From contig NC_087436.1 in assembly GCF_036321535.1 (NCBI RefSeq), positions 76,696,001-76,760,000 on the forward strand: a stretch of 64,000 nucleotides of DNA, in the 5' to 3' direction. Origin of the DNA: Camelus dromedarius (taxonomy: Eukaryota). The notes beneath the pieces are model-generated. The model saw only the letters and a program-made list of their open reading frames with translations, had not been told where the DNA came from and ran no database searches. Shown one piece after another: positions 38,808 through 51,800 of this stretch. Made by a program: the position numbers and the translations under genes. How positions within the stretch are numbered: the stretch's first letter is position 1; each line of letters opens with the position of its first letter.

Positions 38808-40442
38808 GCTCACATTAGCCGGTCACCTCTAGCTAATGTGAGAGTAAGGCTAAAGAATTTAGATCCCCAGTGAGACACTTGGGTAGAGGCCAGACCCCAG
38901 AGCTATAGGCACAGGAGTGAGAAGCTCCGTAGAGACTGGGGGAGGGGGAAATACTGTAGCCAAATTATTCAAAATAGTACTCTCCGAATCTTTAAAGTAA
39001 CAGGAAAAAAAAATAGAAGTGTGAAGCAAGAATGACTAGTTCTAACTTTAAACACATGGCATCTGTTTAAAACTAAGAGGGATGTATCTTAATTGAGGTA
39101 GTAGAAAATACATGCTCCCATAATTCCCAGGGGATTTGAATTATGACAAGCTCAGAAATATCATGCCCAGACAATGCACAATGATGTGGCACTTGAGGCG
39201 AGATGTTGAATTATCCATGATACACCCTTTCCTTTACGGTCTCCCCTCTAAGGTGGCATTGCTTCAGAGTGTCATCCTGATATTACTACTTTCCTGCTTT
39301 AGATCTTCCAACACTTGTTGAATGGCTTCTTTCCATCCTGAAGATAATGGTCAAAAATCGTGAACATGGCTTCACACTTTGATTTCTTTCTAAATCATCC
39401 TGCTTCGTCTTTTCCCGCTCTTCCTGGCTCTCTCTTCTGTAATTCCTAACTCTCAGTCCTCAAAGACGGCCTCAGTTTCCATTCCCTCTAGGGCATGCTT
39501 GTCCGCTGTCTACAACATCCTTCTTCCTCCTCTTTTTGTGTCCTTATCCTTCAAAGTTCCTGCTGCTTCCAGTTTTCCCCCGAAGCCCTAGACCTTCGCA
39601 CTTAAACGTTCAAAGTGCTCATCCCACTGGTTACCTGTTTACTTAAGGTGTTCTTTCTCTCCGCTGTAAGACAAACTTAACGTTTTCCTTCCCACTGCCC
39701 TGCTGGCCACACGTCGCTGAGCCCTCAATTGGCATTCGGTAGTTAGTTGTTGAATTTTCCGTCGTAGGATGTATGTTCTGATGTGACATCACACATGGAA
39801 CTAAACAGTGCAATTCAGACTATATATATATACACATATATATATAGGTATGAGCGGTATGATTGAAATCGATGCGCTTTGTAAACACAAAGTGTGCCGT
39901 GTGTGAATCCCATGACTTAGGACAAAATAGTTAACACAATAGTTTAAAAAATGTTTATAACGTTCTTTTTGAAATGTCTGTTGCTAATGCTAGCATTCGA
40001 ATATCAGATTATTTTTGTTGTCCGTAGTGATCTCTCGTTATCTTCTAAGCTGATTTTCAGTATGACAGCAGAAAGTATTAAAGGGAACTAAATACAGGGT
40101 AACTTCTGGGCTTATGCGGATAGAACAGGTAACTGTTCCAGAGGCAACAAAGAACTGCCCGTGTGCTTCTCAACCTTGTGCGAGGTTTATCATCCGGCTG
40201 GAATATTCCAAGAATTTATCCCCTGGCATTTTTCTTTTTATGAGAGAAATCTCAAGTAAAATATAAAGCAGTAGAATGAGGAGAAGTGGGATTCCTCCAA
40301 AAACAAGACCACTTGTGTGATGACAAGATCTAAATAATTTTGGGCAAAGACCTAATATAGGAAGTTAAACTCAACTTATGTATTTCCTTATGGTATCATA
40401 TACAAGGGAAATATTTAATGGAAGGAAAATTAGTATAATCTT

Positions 40443-40921
40443 TCTGGTAGGCTGGATAATGGCCTCCCAAGATGCCCATGGCCTAATCCCCAGGCTGTAA
40501 TTGTTACCTCATGTGGCAAAAGGTGCTCTGCAGATGTGGCTGTGTTTAGGATTTTGAGATGAGGAAGTTACCTGGGATTATCCAGGTGAGTCCAATGTAA
40601 TCACAGCAGTCTTGTAAAGAGGAAGGAGATCAGAGACAAAAGGGGATGTGATGATTGAAGCTGAGGTTGGAGTGATACACTTTAAAGATGGAAGAAGGGA
40701 CCACAAGCCAAGGAATACAGACAGCCACTGGAAGCTGAAAAAGGCAGGGAGACAAATTCTCCTTTCAGCACCTCCCACAGAAACTAACCCTGCTCAAACC
40801 TTCATTTTTAGTTCAATGAAACTGATTTTGGAATTCTGACCTCCAGCGCCATCAGAGAATGAATGTGTTAAGCCATTAAATCTGTGGTAATTTGTTACAG
40901 CAGCAATAGAAAACTAACACA
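40443..40921 (+). mobile_element. MLT1C/D-type MaLR solo LTR
   Basis: TGGTAGGCTGGATAATGGCCTCCCAAGATG start; GGATTATCCAGGTGAGTCCAATGTAATCACA; end GTAATTTGTTACAGCAGCAATAGAAAACTAACACA. Confidence 0.9.
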
Positions 40922-43900
40922 AGCCTCTCTTCTCGATTTAATTGATAATAAAAGTGACTTTTTGAAAGCTAGAAGAAATAAACATATGCAGCAATGACCC
41001 TGGGTTGAGAATTATTGGATCGATTTTTGAAGGGGTTGAGGGAAATATTTTTAAAAGAAGTATTTTACTTCCATTTTTACCACGATTTTAAAGGAATAAT
41101 TTGAGGAGTATACTATTGTTATTCTATCAGCTCAATAGATTTAATAATTCTGAAATCACTTGTGAATTGGCCTTTATCATTTTGAATTAGAATTTTAAAA
41201 ATCATTGCTATAAATACATCATTTCAGTGCTTTCTGGCAGTGACAGGAACACAGAGATGCTGAGCACCATTAATGCTATTGTCGTAATTTTCTTTTTTTA
41301 GCTTTGTGTCCTATTATTCTAATCATATCAACATCCTTTAAAATGAGACAAAGTACACTGAATATTCCAGGTTATCATTCAGTCTTTGAGATCCTTTATA
41401 AACATTATTCTAAAACCCTTCAAACTTTCTGTAATCTCTAGTCCCCTTGGGAAGAGTCCCAAGATGTTAATTACAGAAGCCCTGAAAATTTCTCCCAATT
41501 TTTTAAACATTAAGAATTTGTTGAAGATTTTTTACACTTGAGCATATTGTTTGAAATATAATCTTTCTTCCCATGTGACAGCCTCACACAAAGTATTTAA
41601 AGAAGATGAAGGTCTGTCATTGCTCTGTTTAATTAAGAGAGGCTTTTAGAATTAGAGGATGTTAAAAAAGAACTCAGAAGAAAACTTAGTGTGATAATGA
41701 TAATCATCTCATTTTACATCAGCATTTCACCCAGTAAAAATTCTATTTACAGGTGTCATCTGCTAGAACTAGTAATCTTATTTCATAATGTGAGTTTTTC
41801 TTCCCCTAGTTACTTGGGCAAATCAGATGGTGGAGTACAAAAGTTCAAAAGCATGCCTAGAGGTTTAGAATTCCTTCTAATTTAGCATATGATGTAACAA
41901 TTTCCTTTTCCTGTGACTTTGAAAGCTCTCAGTTCCTTTCTTTTAGCAACTAAATTGTTTAAAATCACCGTGCCTTTTAGCTCACAAAGGCAACGCATTT
42001 ATTTTTTGGTTAGTCTACATTCTAGAAAATTAACTCAGTGTCTTTAACCAAATCTAAAATGCACATTTTAATAATTTTTACAACTTATTTTGGGTTATCC
42101 ATTGACACTTATAATCTTGAAAATATAATTCACCCAAGGTACAAATAACTTTACAGTAATTAGAAGACAATGTCAAGGGTCTATATTTTTTAAACTCTCA
42201 CTTTCATAGTTATCTTTTACAATATGACAATGGTGACTTTGGAAAAGTCAGCAATTCTAACACAGTACCTATCCTAAACTGTGTTCAAATTACTCAATAA
42301 AATGTTTTCCAATGAATACTTGCTATGGGAAACATACGCATAGTTATTGTCAATTAAGTTCCCCCAGCCCCCAATTTTGACTTAGAAGAGAAGAGTTCAA
42401 CGATTTAACTGTCTGTAGGGTACAAAGTACCTCACTCACTAAAACTGGTGGCATAAACAGCTCGTAACAATTTCTGTATATCTTTATATATGCCTTTGAG
42501 ACACTTACTAAGACTGTAAAGTCTGAGTGAAATACATGGATAAACTTTCCAGTATTTTACTCATCTTTTGAGAGGTTTCATTAGATATAAACTTTATTAT
42601 CAGTTGCCTCTTCAACAAATTATAGTTATAAGAAATTAACTGAGAAATTACTCTATCATGGCTAATTATCAAATTATGTACTATGGTTCAATGTCTTTCT
42701 TGTAACTAAAAGGCGGTTTACAGAGCTAATATTACCATGCTCTACGAATAAAGCCAGTCATTAAATATATGAGATGCATAAATACCAAAGCCTCCAATAT
42801 GACTATATTCACAAAAATGTTGTCAGAGCTGGAAGGAACTTGAGATACCTCCAGCCCACCCATCTCCAGTCTATGGTTGAGGAGCTGATCTGTTCAATTT
42901 CAGCAAGCTGGTTGTGGCTATGTCTAAGGTCGAGGCTCTCTACCATCAGATTCTTAAACTAAGACAATTTGAAGTGCCTTACTCTGAGTCAACCTCCATC
43001 TCTCTGTGTCTGTCTCTCTTTCACACACACACACACACACACACCCCTTAATATAGCTCTTGCAAAGCAATCTGAACAAGCACATTTTAATATAAATTTT
43101 CATGTTATACTGTGTACTTGCTTATCAGCATTTCTTTTGGCAGAAGAGCACAAAAATAAAGTGTTAAAAAAAACTAGCACAGGGCTTGCTTCATTATGAG
43201 CGAAATTTTTCTTTCTTTTGTCAAATTGACTGAATTAGACCCTAGTGAGGGTAGAAATATACCAAAATTAAAGTGTTCTCAGAAATAAGCCATAGAGATT
43301 CACTCAGTGAACTAGTAATCTAACTCTGAGACTACAATACATGGCTGCACCCACTTCATACCTGCAGACAGACAACATTCTCCAGCCTTACCAGCCTGTT
43401 TCTTTCCTTAAAACATACAACAGATGTTCCAGTTATTCTAGGAGTATATATTTTCTTTCCTGTTAAGATAAAGAATGTATATATGTGCCTCCTGTGCACA
43501 TACACCCACCAAAACTTTCCAGTAGCAATAAAACACTAATAAACTTCCTACAGTAATGTGATGCTGTACAAAATCTAGCAAAAGTTAACCACAAGGTTTC
43601 ATGATGAAGGAGGAAGTTACAATGTTTACAATATTTGTAAATGTGACCTGGTTATATTTTGCCTTCTTAAAATCAAAAAGAAAGGTATATAAGCTGATCA
43701 ATCAAAAAATATATTAGACACCTTCTTGGCGGTAATATAAACTGTTTTGATTTATAAAAAAATAAACTAATAAATTGCCTCTGAGCAGTAAATAATGGTC
43801 AGTGCTATTTAGATAATAAAGTTAAGTTCACGGAGATACCCAGATCTTGTATTCAGTAAGGATTTATTAGAAAAACAAATATTGAATAATTTATGATTTA

Positions 43901-45199
43901 GAGTAAAATTCAGGAAAAACAGAAGCAATTTCTTCCCTAACAATTTAAAATATAGGAGGTTTAAACCTTACGTACTTCTGCCAAAATAGTAATAATCCAT
44001 AGATGACAGATGCTGCTCCCTACTTAATGGAAGGCCTCAAATTTTACTCTGCATCTCATTGGGAAGGAAATACAAAAATTTAAAATAGAATTAACTTGGG
44101 GAAAGGCATCAGTGCTGCAACTCTTAGCACCAAATGTTTTTTCTTGGAGCACCAAATGCTTTAAGGAAAACATTCCAAGTATCAAAGTTTTCAGATAGAT
44201 AAATATTTATGGATCAAATCCATAAAGAACAGACATTGTTATGAAATATATATAGATGCCTTCAAAACTTTCTTTCCAGGCAGAGTAGACACATAAGTTA
44301 GGAGTCATTTCCCACTTAATTGTTTTTGCAACCTTATGCGACACAAATGGATTATGGATAAAGACTTAACTCGTTTATTCAGAGGAAGTAGATCTTGACT
44401 GACATTATGTCCAAAAAATTAAACAGGGACTGTTTCTCTCTATAAAATATAAAATATGATTAAACTTATAGAAATGGTTTTATTTTACCCTTCTATTTGC
44501 CTGTTTGAAAGGTGTGGATGTTTAGACCTTTGATGAGAAAAGAGAACTCTTCAAAGCAAATTCTTCTCTATTTGTTAGTTAGCATAATCAGAGAAAATCG
44601 TAGCATAGATCTGGTTCGTATCTTGAAGAGCAATAAAATTCCACCTGTCTTTGAACTTTATGAATGGTACTTTTTTAGTCTGCATAAAGACCATTACCTC
44701 TCTCTCTTCACTGAGAGCTCTTCATAGTGGGGTTAGAACTGGCAATCCATTTTCATTACAATCTATGGAAATCTATTTTGCCATTTAAGGGCAGAGGTCT
44801 ACTGACATTGCTCATGTAACAAAACAAAAGTGTCATACCAATGCCATATGATACTAGGCCGATTCAAAGTAACGGCCAAATAAACAAGCCTTAGCTTCTG
44901 TAGTATCCTTGATGCTCTTAAATACCGTGTAGGGGTTTGTGGTGATGAGAAATGAGGTGCTAACTTAAGAAAACAGCAGTAGGCCCGGCCCCAGATGCAG
45001 TGTAGAACCAAGGTCTGCGAGAACTCAATGGATACATACCCGGCTCCCAAGTCACACTTGTACATGTGCATAATCACTACCAACAGGATCAGATGTGAAC
45101 ATAAGGGACATTTCTGTCCCTGAAACTAAGCAAGACAATTATATATTCAACCAAACCAAACGAGGCTTGAGTTTATGTAGGCTGAAAGAAAACGGTAGC

Positions 45200-45376
45200 A
45201 GAGGCACAGGTAAAATTTTATTTATGAATACACAGACACATGACGTTGGATCCAGCCAGCCAGTGACATAAATAAACTTGAGCAAAAGATTCAAGCTAGA
45301 GGATATATATGTATACCTATCTATCTATCTATCTATCTATCTGTCTGTCTATCTATCTGTCTATCTATCTATAAAA

Positions 45377-45413
<37 letters not shown>

Positions 45414-45877
45414 GCTTCTTGGAGCAGTGCCACAAATCTGGACACCAACCATCAGAATCACTCCTGTCCTTTGAAATTTCCCTTAAGAGCACAATGCGGG
45501 TAATTATACTGGGATGCTCCAAATCGCTGTTTCCAACTTGTGCACTCACATGCCCGCCAAACATGAAATGTTCGCCTTCTCCCTTCCAACGTGATGGTTG
45601 TTGAACTTATTTTTAGTGTCATTTGATAAGCCTTTGTGCTCGCAGAGAGACATCCCACTGACCCAGCCACTGGTCATTGTCTATACCAGTTCACATCAAA
45701 CAGGCGCGCTTTGTCAGGTTTCCAGTCGAATATCCATTTCGCATCTGAAGTACAGTATCGAAAGTGACTAGATCATTTGAGCTTTTTTCTTCAGCTGCTG
45801 CCTTCTTCCTCCCCCACAGTGTTTCCGCTCACGCTAACATAATTTGGCATCCTCGACGTGACACGATGGTGGTGTTT
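45200..45877 (-). other. Candidate 3'-terminal exon of an unidentified minus-strand transcript
   Basis: Acceptor ATTTTTTAG|AAAC (AG at 45879-45878); AATAAA at 45222-45217 followed by a U/GU-rich element; unique and CpG-retaining; all frames stop within 28 codons. Confidence 0.5.
45302..45410. repeat. Compound (TATC)n/(TG)n microsatellite
   Basis: Read directly from sequence. Confidence 0.95.
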
Positions 45878-48800
45878 CTAAAAAATATTATAATACATAC
45901 ATTTTCGATGCTTTGTGGTGGTCGACCCTCCTGAAAATTTAATTGATGAATTGATGAGAAGTCTTTTTTCTTTCCTCTACTGAATCACAACCAAGGTAGA
46001 GTGCCCCTCAAAATCCAAGTAATGCGCATACAGTAATAGGTCACTCAATGTCAAAAGGCATAAAAAAGATGAGCAAAATCTTCACAGGCTGCTGCTTGCT
46101 GTTGCCTTTAATTATATTAATTAAACTTTGAAATTTTCATGCAAAGAGAGTTGCTGGCTTGTGACGCTGAAGAGCCCTTGGAGACTGGAGGAAGAAAAAA
46201 CCCTGAGCGGAAGCTTTGTGGTTACTGCTTCCTTTAAATTAAAAGCAAAACAAACTCGTAGGTGTGTTTACAGATATTAATGCTTTATGCACTACTAAGC
46301 CCTAAACATAGAAAGAGGGTAAATCTGCCGATCGACCATGATTTGACAAGTCCTCAAATCACGAGTCCCTTAAACTCCACTCAAGATCTCTGGTTAAAGG
46401 CTGTCTTCCCGTGGAATAACGCTCTATTAATTTTCTTCTTTTCCCAAGTGCATAATGAAAGAAAGGTGTCTTCAAAAACTAGAGGGCAAAATCTTGCTTG
46501 CTACCAATACCTTGAGGCATCCTGTCTACATTTTGTCATGCGTGTGCACTTTTCAGTGTTAGAATGACGAGATTTTCCAGTCAGAAGGTTCCCGTAGGCA
46601 CACTGTGATAGGGGACCTGGAAGGAGTCTGTGCTCTGACACAGCTATCAGGCAGTGGATGCCTTTATTTGCTTAGCCTGGTGGGATATTTCATACTCTGC
46701 CTGTGGCTAACAACCTTGCTATGTAAAAACACAAGTGCCATGGTTCCGTGTAAAACACTCTTTTCTCCATTAAAGATCCACCACGGCCAGTTGTTTTATG
46801 GTCTCCATTCTGATATCATCTTCATGCTTTTGTTACTGCTTTTCCCTCCTCCACACATTCAAATGGACTTTCTTGTGTAAACCGCAGCGTGTAGGTTACA
46901 GTTCCTCTTTATTTTCAATGTCCTGAATCATGAGTTACCCCTAGGTTTCATCAACGCCGGGTAGATGGCAGAACAAACGTTTGAAAATGTTTGGTGCAAG
47001 CAAAGCAAAAGGCAGAGAAAATATTTCCTGACTGACAGGAGTAAAGCTGCTCTTCCAAAAACTTCTGAAATGCACTTTTTTTTCGTTTGGTTGGAAATTG
47101 GCATTGTGAAGATTTACATCTTCGTACCTCCCGGTCTCCCTGCTTTCCTTTTACTGAGACGGAACTCGGGAGAAGTTTATGCACCGGCCCTAGGAAAGAA
47201 ACAAATCCTTATTGAAATACTGATGTAATTATATATATATAAAAGCATAAGAACACTTACTTTCCTACTAGAATATAATAAATGATTACCCGAGGTAAGG
47301 TCAATGTTCAGATGAGACTTGAAGTTCTAAGTATTTTTTTCCTTGGGTCAAAGAATGATGGTTCATTCAGATCTTTTCCACAGAACATTCATGTACACAA
47401 TGGTATGGTAAAATTAGAGTTAAAAAAACACTATGGAAAACAGAACTATTTAAAGTACAGCACTACAACAGTGGAAAAAGAGAGAACATGGAGAAAATAG
47501 AAGAGAGATCTAAAGAGGAAAAGATAGAAAAGGAATAATCAAGAAAAAAAGAAACTACTGGCCAAAGGACACTTTTATTCAGTATTCTACTAGGCATCTT
47601 AATCCCAGGGCATTATTTCATGCTAACTGCTACCAACCACTTACCAGAATATTCTAAAATCAAGGCAACACACCCTGGTTGCAAGACGCTGTGGCTAAGT
47701 GTTTGTGGCCCTCCGACTACTATTCGGTACCATCTTAAAAAACCCATCAATGTAATGCTAATTATATTTAAGATCAAGAACGTTTGGGCTGCCACTGATA
47801 AACATGGCAAGCAGTCTATGCCAGAACATAGCAAAAGCAGAGCAATTGTTACTTGCAGGAAATGGGATATGACAAGGTTTACAGGTCTGTTATATCCTCA
47901 TGTTTATAATGTCTATACAATAAAGGTATGTTATCTAAGTAACAAGTAAACAATATAAAATAGCTTGAGCATAAAACTCATCAATTAATAGTATAGAAAA
48001 GAAAATATTAGTAATAGTGATTATTTTTCTGAGAGTATTTCACTTTAATGACAAATAATACAAGTTCTGAAAATTTTTTTAAAGTTAATTGAATGGCTTA
48101 ATAAGAAACAATTCAATGTAACCTAAATATACAGAAATACACATAGAGACATAATTTTAACACTTTATATAGAGGTTAATACTCATTATCAGGTAATAGG
48201 ACTATATAGTCCATAAAATAAACCACTAAAATTGTAAGATACTACAAATAGATGAACACAAGGTTTCTGATAGCAAAAGTTAGAATAAATGTGTAATATT
48301 ATGCTTATGTTATATTTTACAAAATAATTCAATAACTTTGATTCAGGTGGCATAAATATTTAAAGGATAATGTAACATGTAATATTATGTTATAAATAAT
48401 AATTATTACTATTAAGAAATAACATTTTCTCTATATTTTTGAATTTTTAATTAAATATTTTTAAAAATAATTTTCTTGACTTAAAATTATGCTCTAATCT
48501 GAATTATGGGTAAAATCAAAATATATTTTTGTTGTGATGCTTTAGGTAAACACTCACATTATTTATTTAATTAGGCAATCATAACAACCAATTTGAATTT
48601 GGTATCACGCCATATAAGTCAGTAGGTCATAAATTTCAACAATAACAACATATAGTCAATATAAAATTGAAATAAATTAGTATCTTAGGACTGCATTAGT
48701 TTAAAAATGAACTATGAATGTATTCCATTCTTTTGCCTTGGGAATATAGAATTCCTTGGATGCAATGAAGTAATTGTTACATTTATTGATTTTTTTATAA

Positions 48801-51800
48801 CATAATAGATTAGGAGTAAAATTTCTTAAATATTAAAAAAAATTAAGGCTAGGCAGAACAAATATAATTTAATTACTGACTTTAGATTCTAGTCAAATAC
48901 ATTTAAAGTACATTAATTTCAAAACTGTGATAAATCAGATAATGACTGATGAGGTTATAGTTTACCTTCTCAATATGTTAAACAATCAGTTAGGCAAATT
49001 AACTATAAACAAGATTACTATTGGCATGTTGACCAACTTAAACTGTAGCATATTAGAAGGGCATTTAAATATTAATAATTGACATCATTGTATTATGATC
49101 TTGTTATGATATTTTGTTTGCCTAATAAAAATTATGGCTTAAAAAGAGTAAAACTGCCTACCTTTTAAAGCGTACTATCATATGCAGCTTACATCAAACA
49201 AACTACCTAACTAGTGATCTCCTGTAGCAAGAAAAGAACTCTCAAGCATTACTAGTGAAAGTATAAACTGGCAAAAACTGTATAATAAGCAACACATGTA
49301 ATAATAGTTTTTAAAAGCTTATATTCCTTAATTTAGTCATTTCATGTTGAGGATCCAGCCCAATAAAATATCTAGACAAAAGTTTCAAAATATTTACCAT
49401 GGGATTTTTTATAATATGAAAAATATAATCAGTCAACTTATATTTATTTCTGTCTGACAATCAGAGAATAACTAAATAAATTATGATTCACCTATGTAAC
49501 TAAATATTATGTAGCCACTAAAATAGAAAAAATTAAAAAAATTTAAAGATGAAGGGAAATGATAATAAGACATAGGGAAATGCCAACTTGTATATGGACA
49601 TAACTATAATTATGCAATATATATCTAAAGAGTAAAAGACAAGATGAACAGACTGCACGAACATGCTATGAGTAGTAGAACTGCATATGATTTCTTACAT
49701 TCTATTTTATACCTTTTCTGTATATTCATATATTTGATGGTTTGAAAAAGTAGTTTTCAAATAGTAAATTCAATCAGCAAAATATAGTTATATGTTTAAA
49801 CGTCAGCCCATGAACCTGCTGACTACTCACTCTTAGGAATCGCCACCAACTACCAACTATGCCAAAATTTTTCAGCATTCAGTGTTCCCAAAGGTCAACT
49901 CATTTACTCATCTCTAGGTTTTTACAGTTACTACCCTGGTGAACCCATGTGAACACAGCTCTACTCAAGAGTGCATGGGTGTGGCAGAAGCCAATGATGA
50001 ATAAGTGTGATAATTCACAGTCAGCATTTTCATTCTAAGAGTTTTCATAAAATGCCTTTTCAAGCATTAGTCCAGGTCACAATCAGCAGTCTATTTTAAA
50101 AAACGTTTGTGTGTGTGTGTGTGCACACATGGCCTGCCTCAAGTCCTGTGTACACTGGAGTCCATTATATTTAAATAAGAATATAAGGGGAGCTCTTTAA
50201 TTTTCATACAACATCAGACTTTCTAAAGACACACATAGTATCTCGGGTGTGTGTATATATATATATATACACACACATGTATCTCCATTCCATCAATAGA
50301 GTATTTATACCTCAGGCACTTATCAATAAAAATTCTGGAATCCTTTCTCCCCAGATCAGTTAGCAAAACTATCTTTGAGAGTGAGGTCCTAAGTGAAATG
50401 CCAGCCATCAGTTTCTGTAGGTCAGTGCATTTTTTATACCGCAGTCCATGAAGTCCTGTGGGTTCTACGAGATGCGTCAGGAATGGAATGCTGCACGAGA
50501 ATGGAGCAAGGAGGCCACTGCAAGCCTCTCAATCCTAATCCAACCCAAGGAGCTGAACTCTCACCTACCCTTTAAAATTGCAATTCAGTATAAGATTTTG
50601 TTTTTGTTTACACTAAAAACGTAGTTTGATAACTATTACTCAAGCTATTCATACCTATGTTAAGTCTGGTCGCCAGTAAACTATCATTATATCTGGGCTT
50701 GGTTTCTTTACCTCTCTTTAGAAATGCCTCCCTAAACAAATCTAGGACATTTCAGTATTATCCCTTCATATTGAGCCCACATAAATTTTGGTCATATAGA
50801 GAGAATTCTGCATTTTGGGAAGTTGCTGTTGAGGATGCTGATATGAAGGGAGTAATTCTTGGAGTTCAGAGCTAGCTAGGAAAAAACTTGTCACTTCTGG
50901 TAAGCTCACGTGCTTCTCCTATTAAATAATGACAATTACATAACTCAGCCTTTCTCTTTGTGCCTTGACTTTCAAAAAGCTCAGGTTTACATCATGCCCT
51001 AAAAGCACTGCTACCTTTAGTGTACATTTTCTGGTATAGCTATATCTTAACTTTGGCCTATGATTATTTCTTAATTTATTCTGAAGTTTTATATATATAG
51101 TTTTCTCAATTTTTTTTAGAAGTAGATTAGAGATAAGTAAATGTAAATTAATATGTTTCTGTCTTAATTTTCTTAATCATAAAGACTCCATATTCATCAG
51201 AACCTTTAAAATTCTCCAATAAATATATTAACCTCAACATCTATCTACCTTATACAAAAGATCCCAACATGTCTAACTCTCTTCTTCCTTGCCTTTTCTT
51301 ATTCTGGTAGAACTTACTGAACTACTGTGCAGAAAGCTGATGTCAAATGATTATTCCTTTGATTTTAATCTTCACTAAGTTAACATAGATAATATGAATT
51401 TGAAATTTATACACACAAGCATGCTGAAACTATGTTATTCCAAAAAAAAAAAAAATCCTGAAAGTTCTTCTGTAGGAATAAATCCCCTAGTTCTAAAGAC
51501 TAAAAGCTTAAATTCATTTTCTTTGACTGCTAGGAAAAATAAGCATAATACGATTCTTTATAAACTAGAAATGTTTTTATATCCCAATTCATCTCTTACA
51601 GCAGAGCTCTGTGCAGAAGTTTTATTCCATTACCCACTTTCTCTCAGTATAGGAAGAAACAGGATGTACCCAAAATAAATCACCAGTAGAACTCTGGTCA
51701 TAACAAAAGCTAAACTCACAATTAGAATCTGTCAACTTCAACTTTGCTTAAGTGATTTTCAGGCAACATCAAGTATCTGTTAGAGTAAGAAGTTCACTGA

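Noticed and set aside
47950..49750. Very AT-rich stretch, possible matrix-attachment region
   Set aside because: Composition alone is not evidence, and part looks like decayed L1
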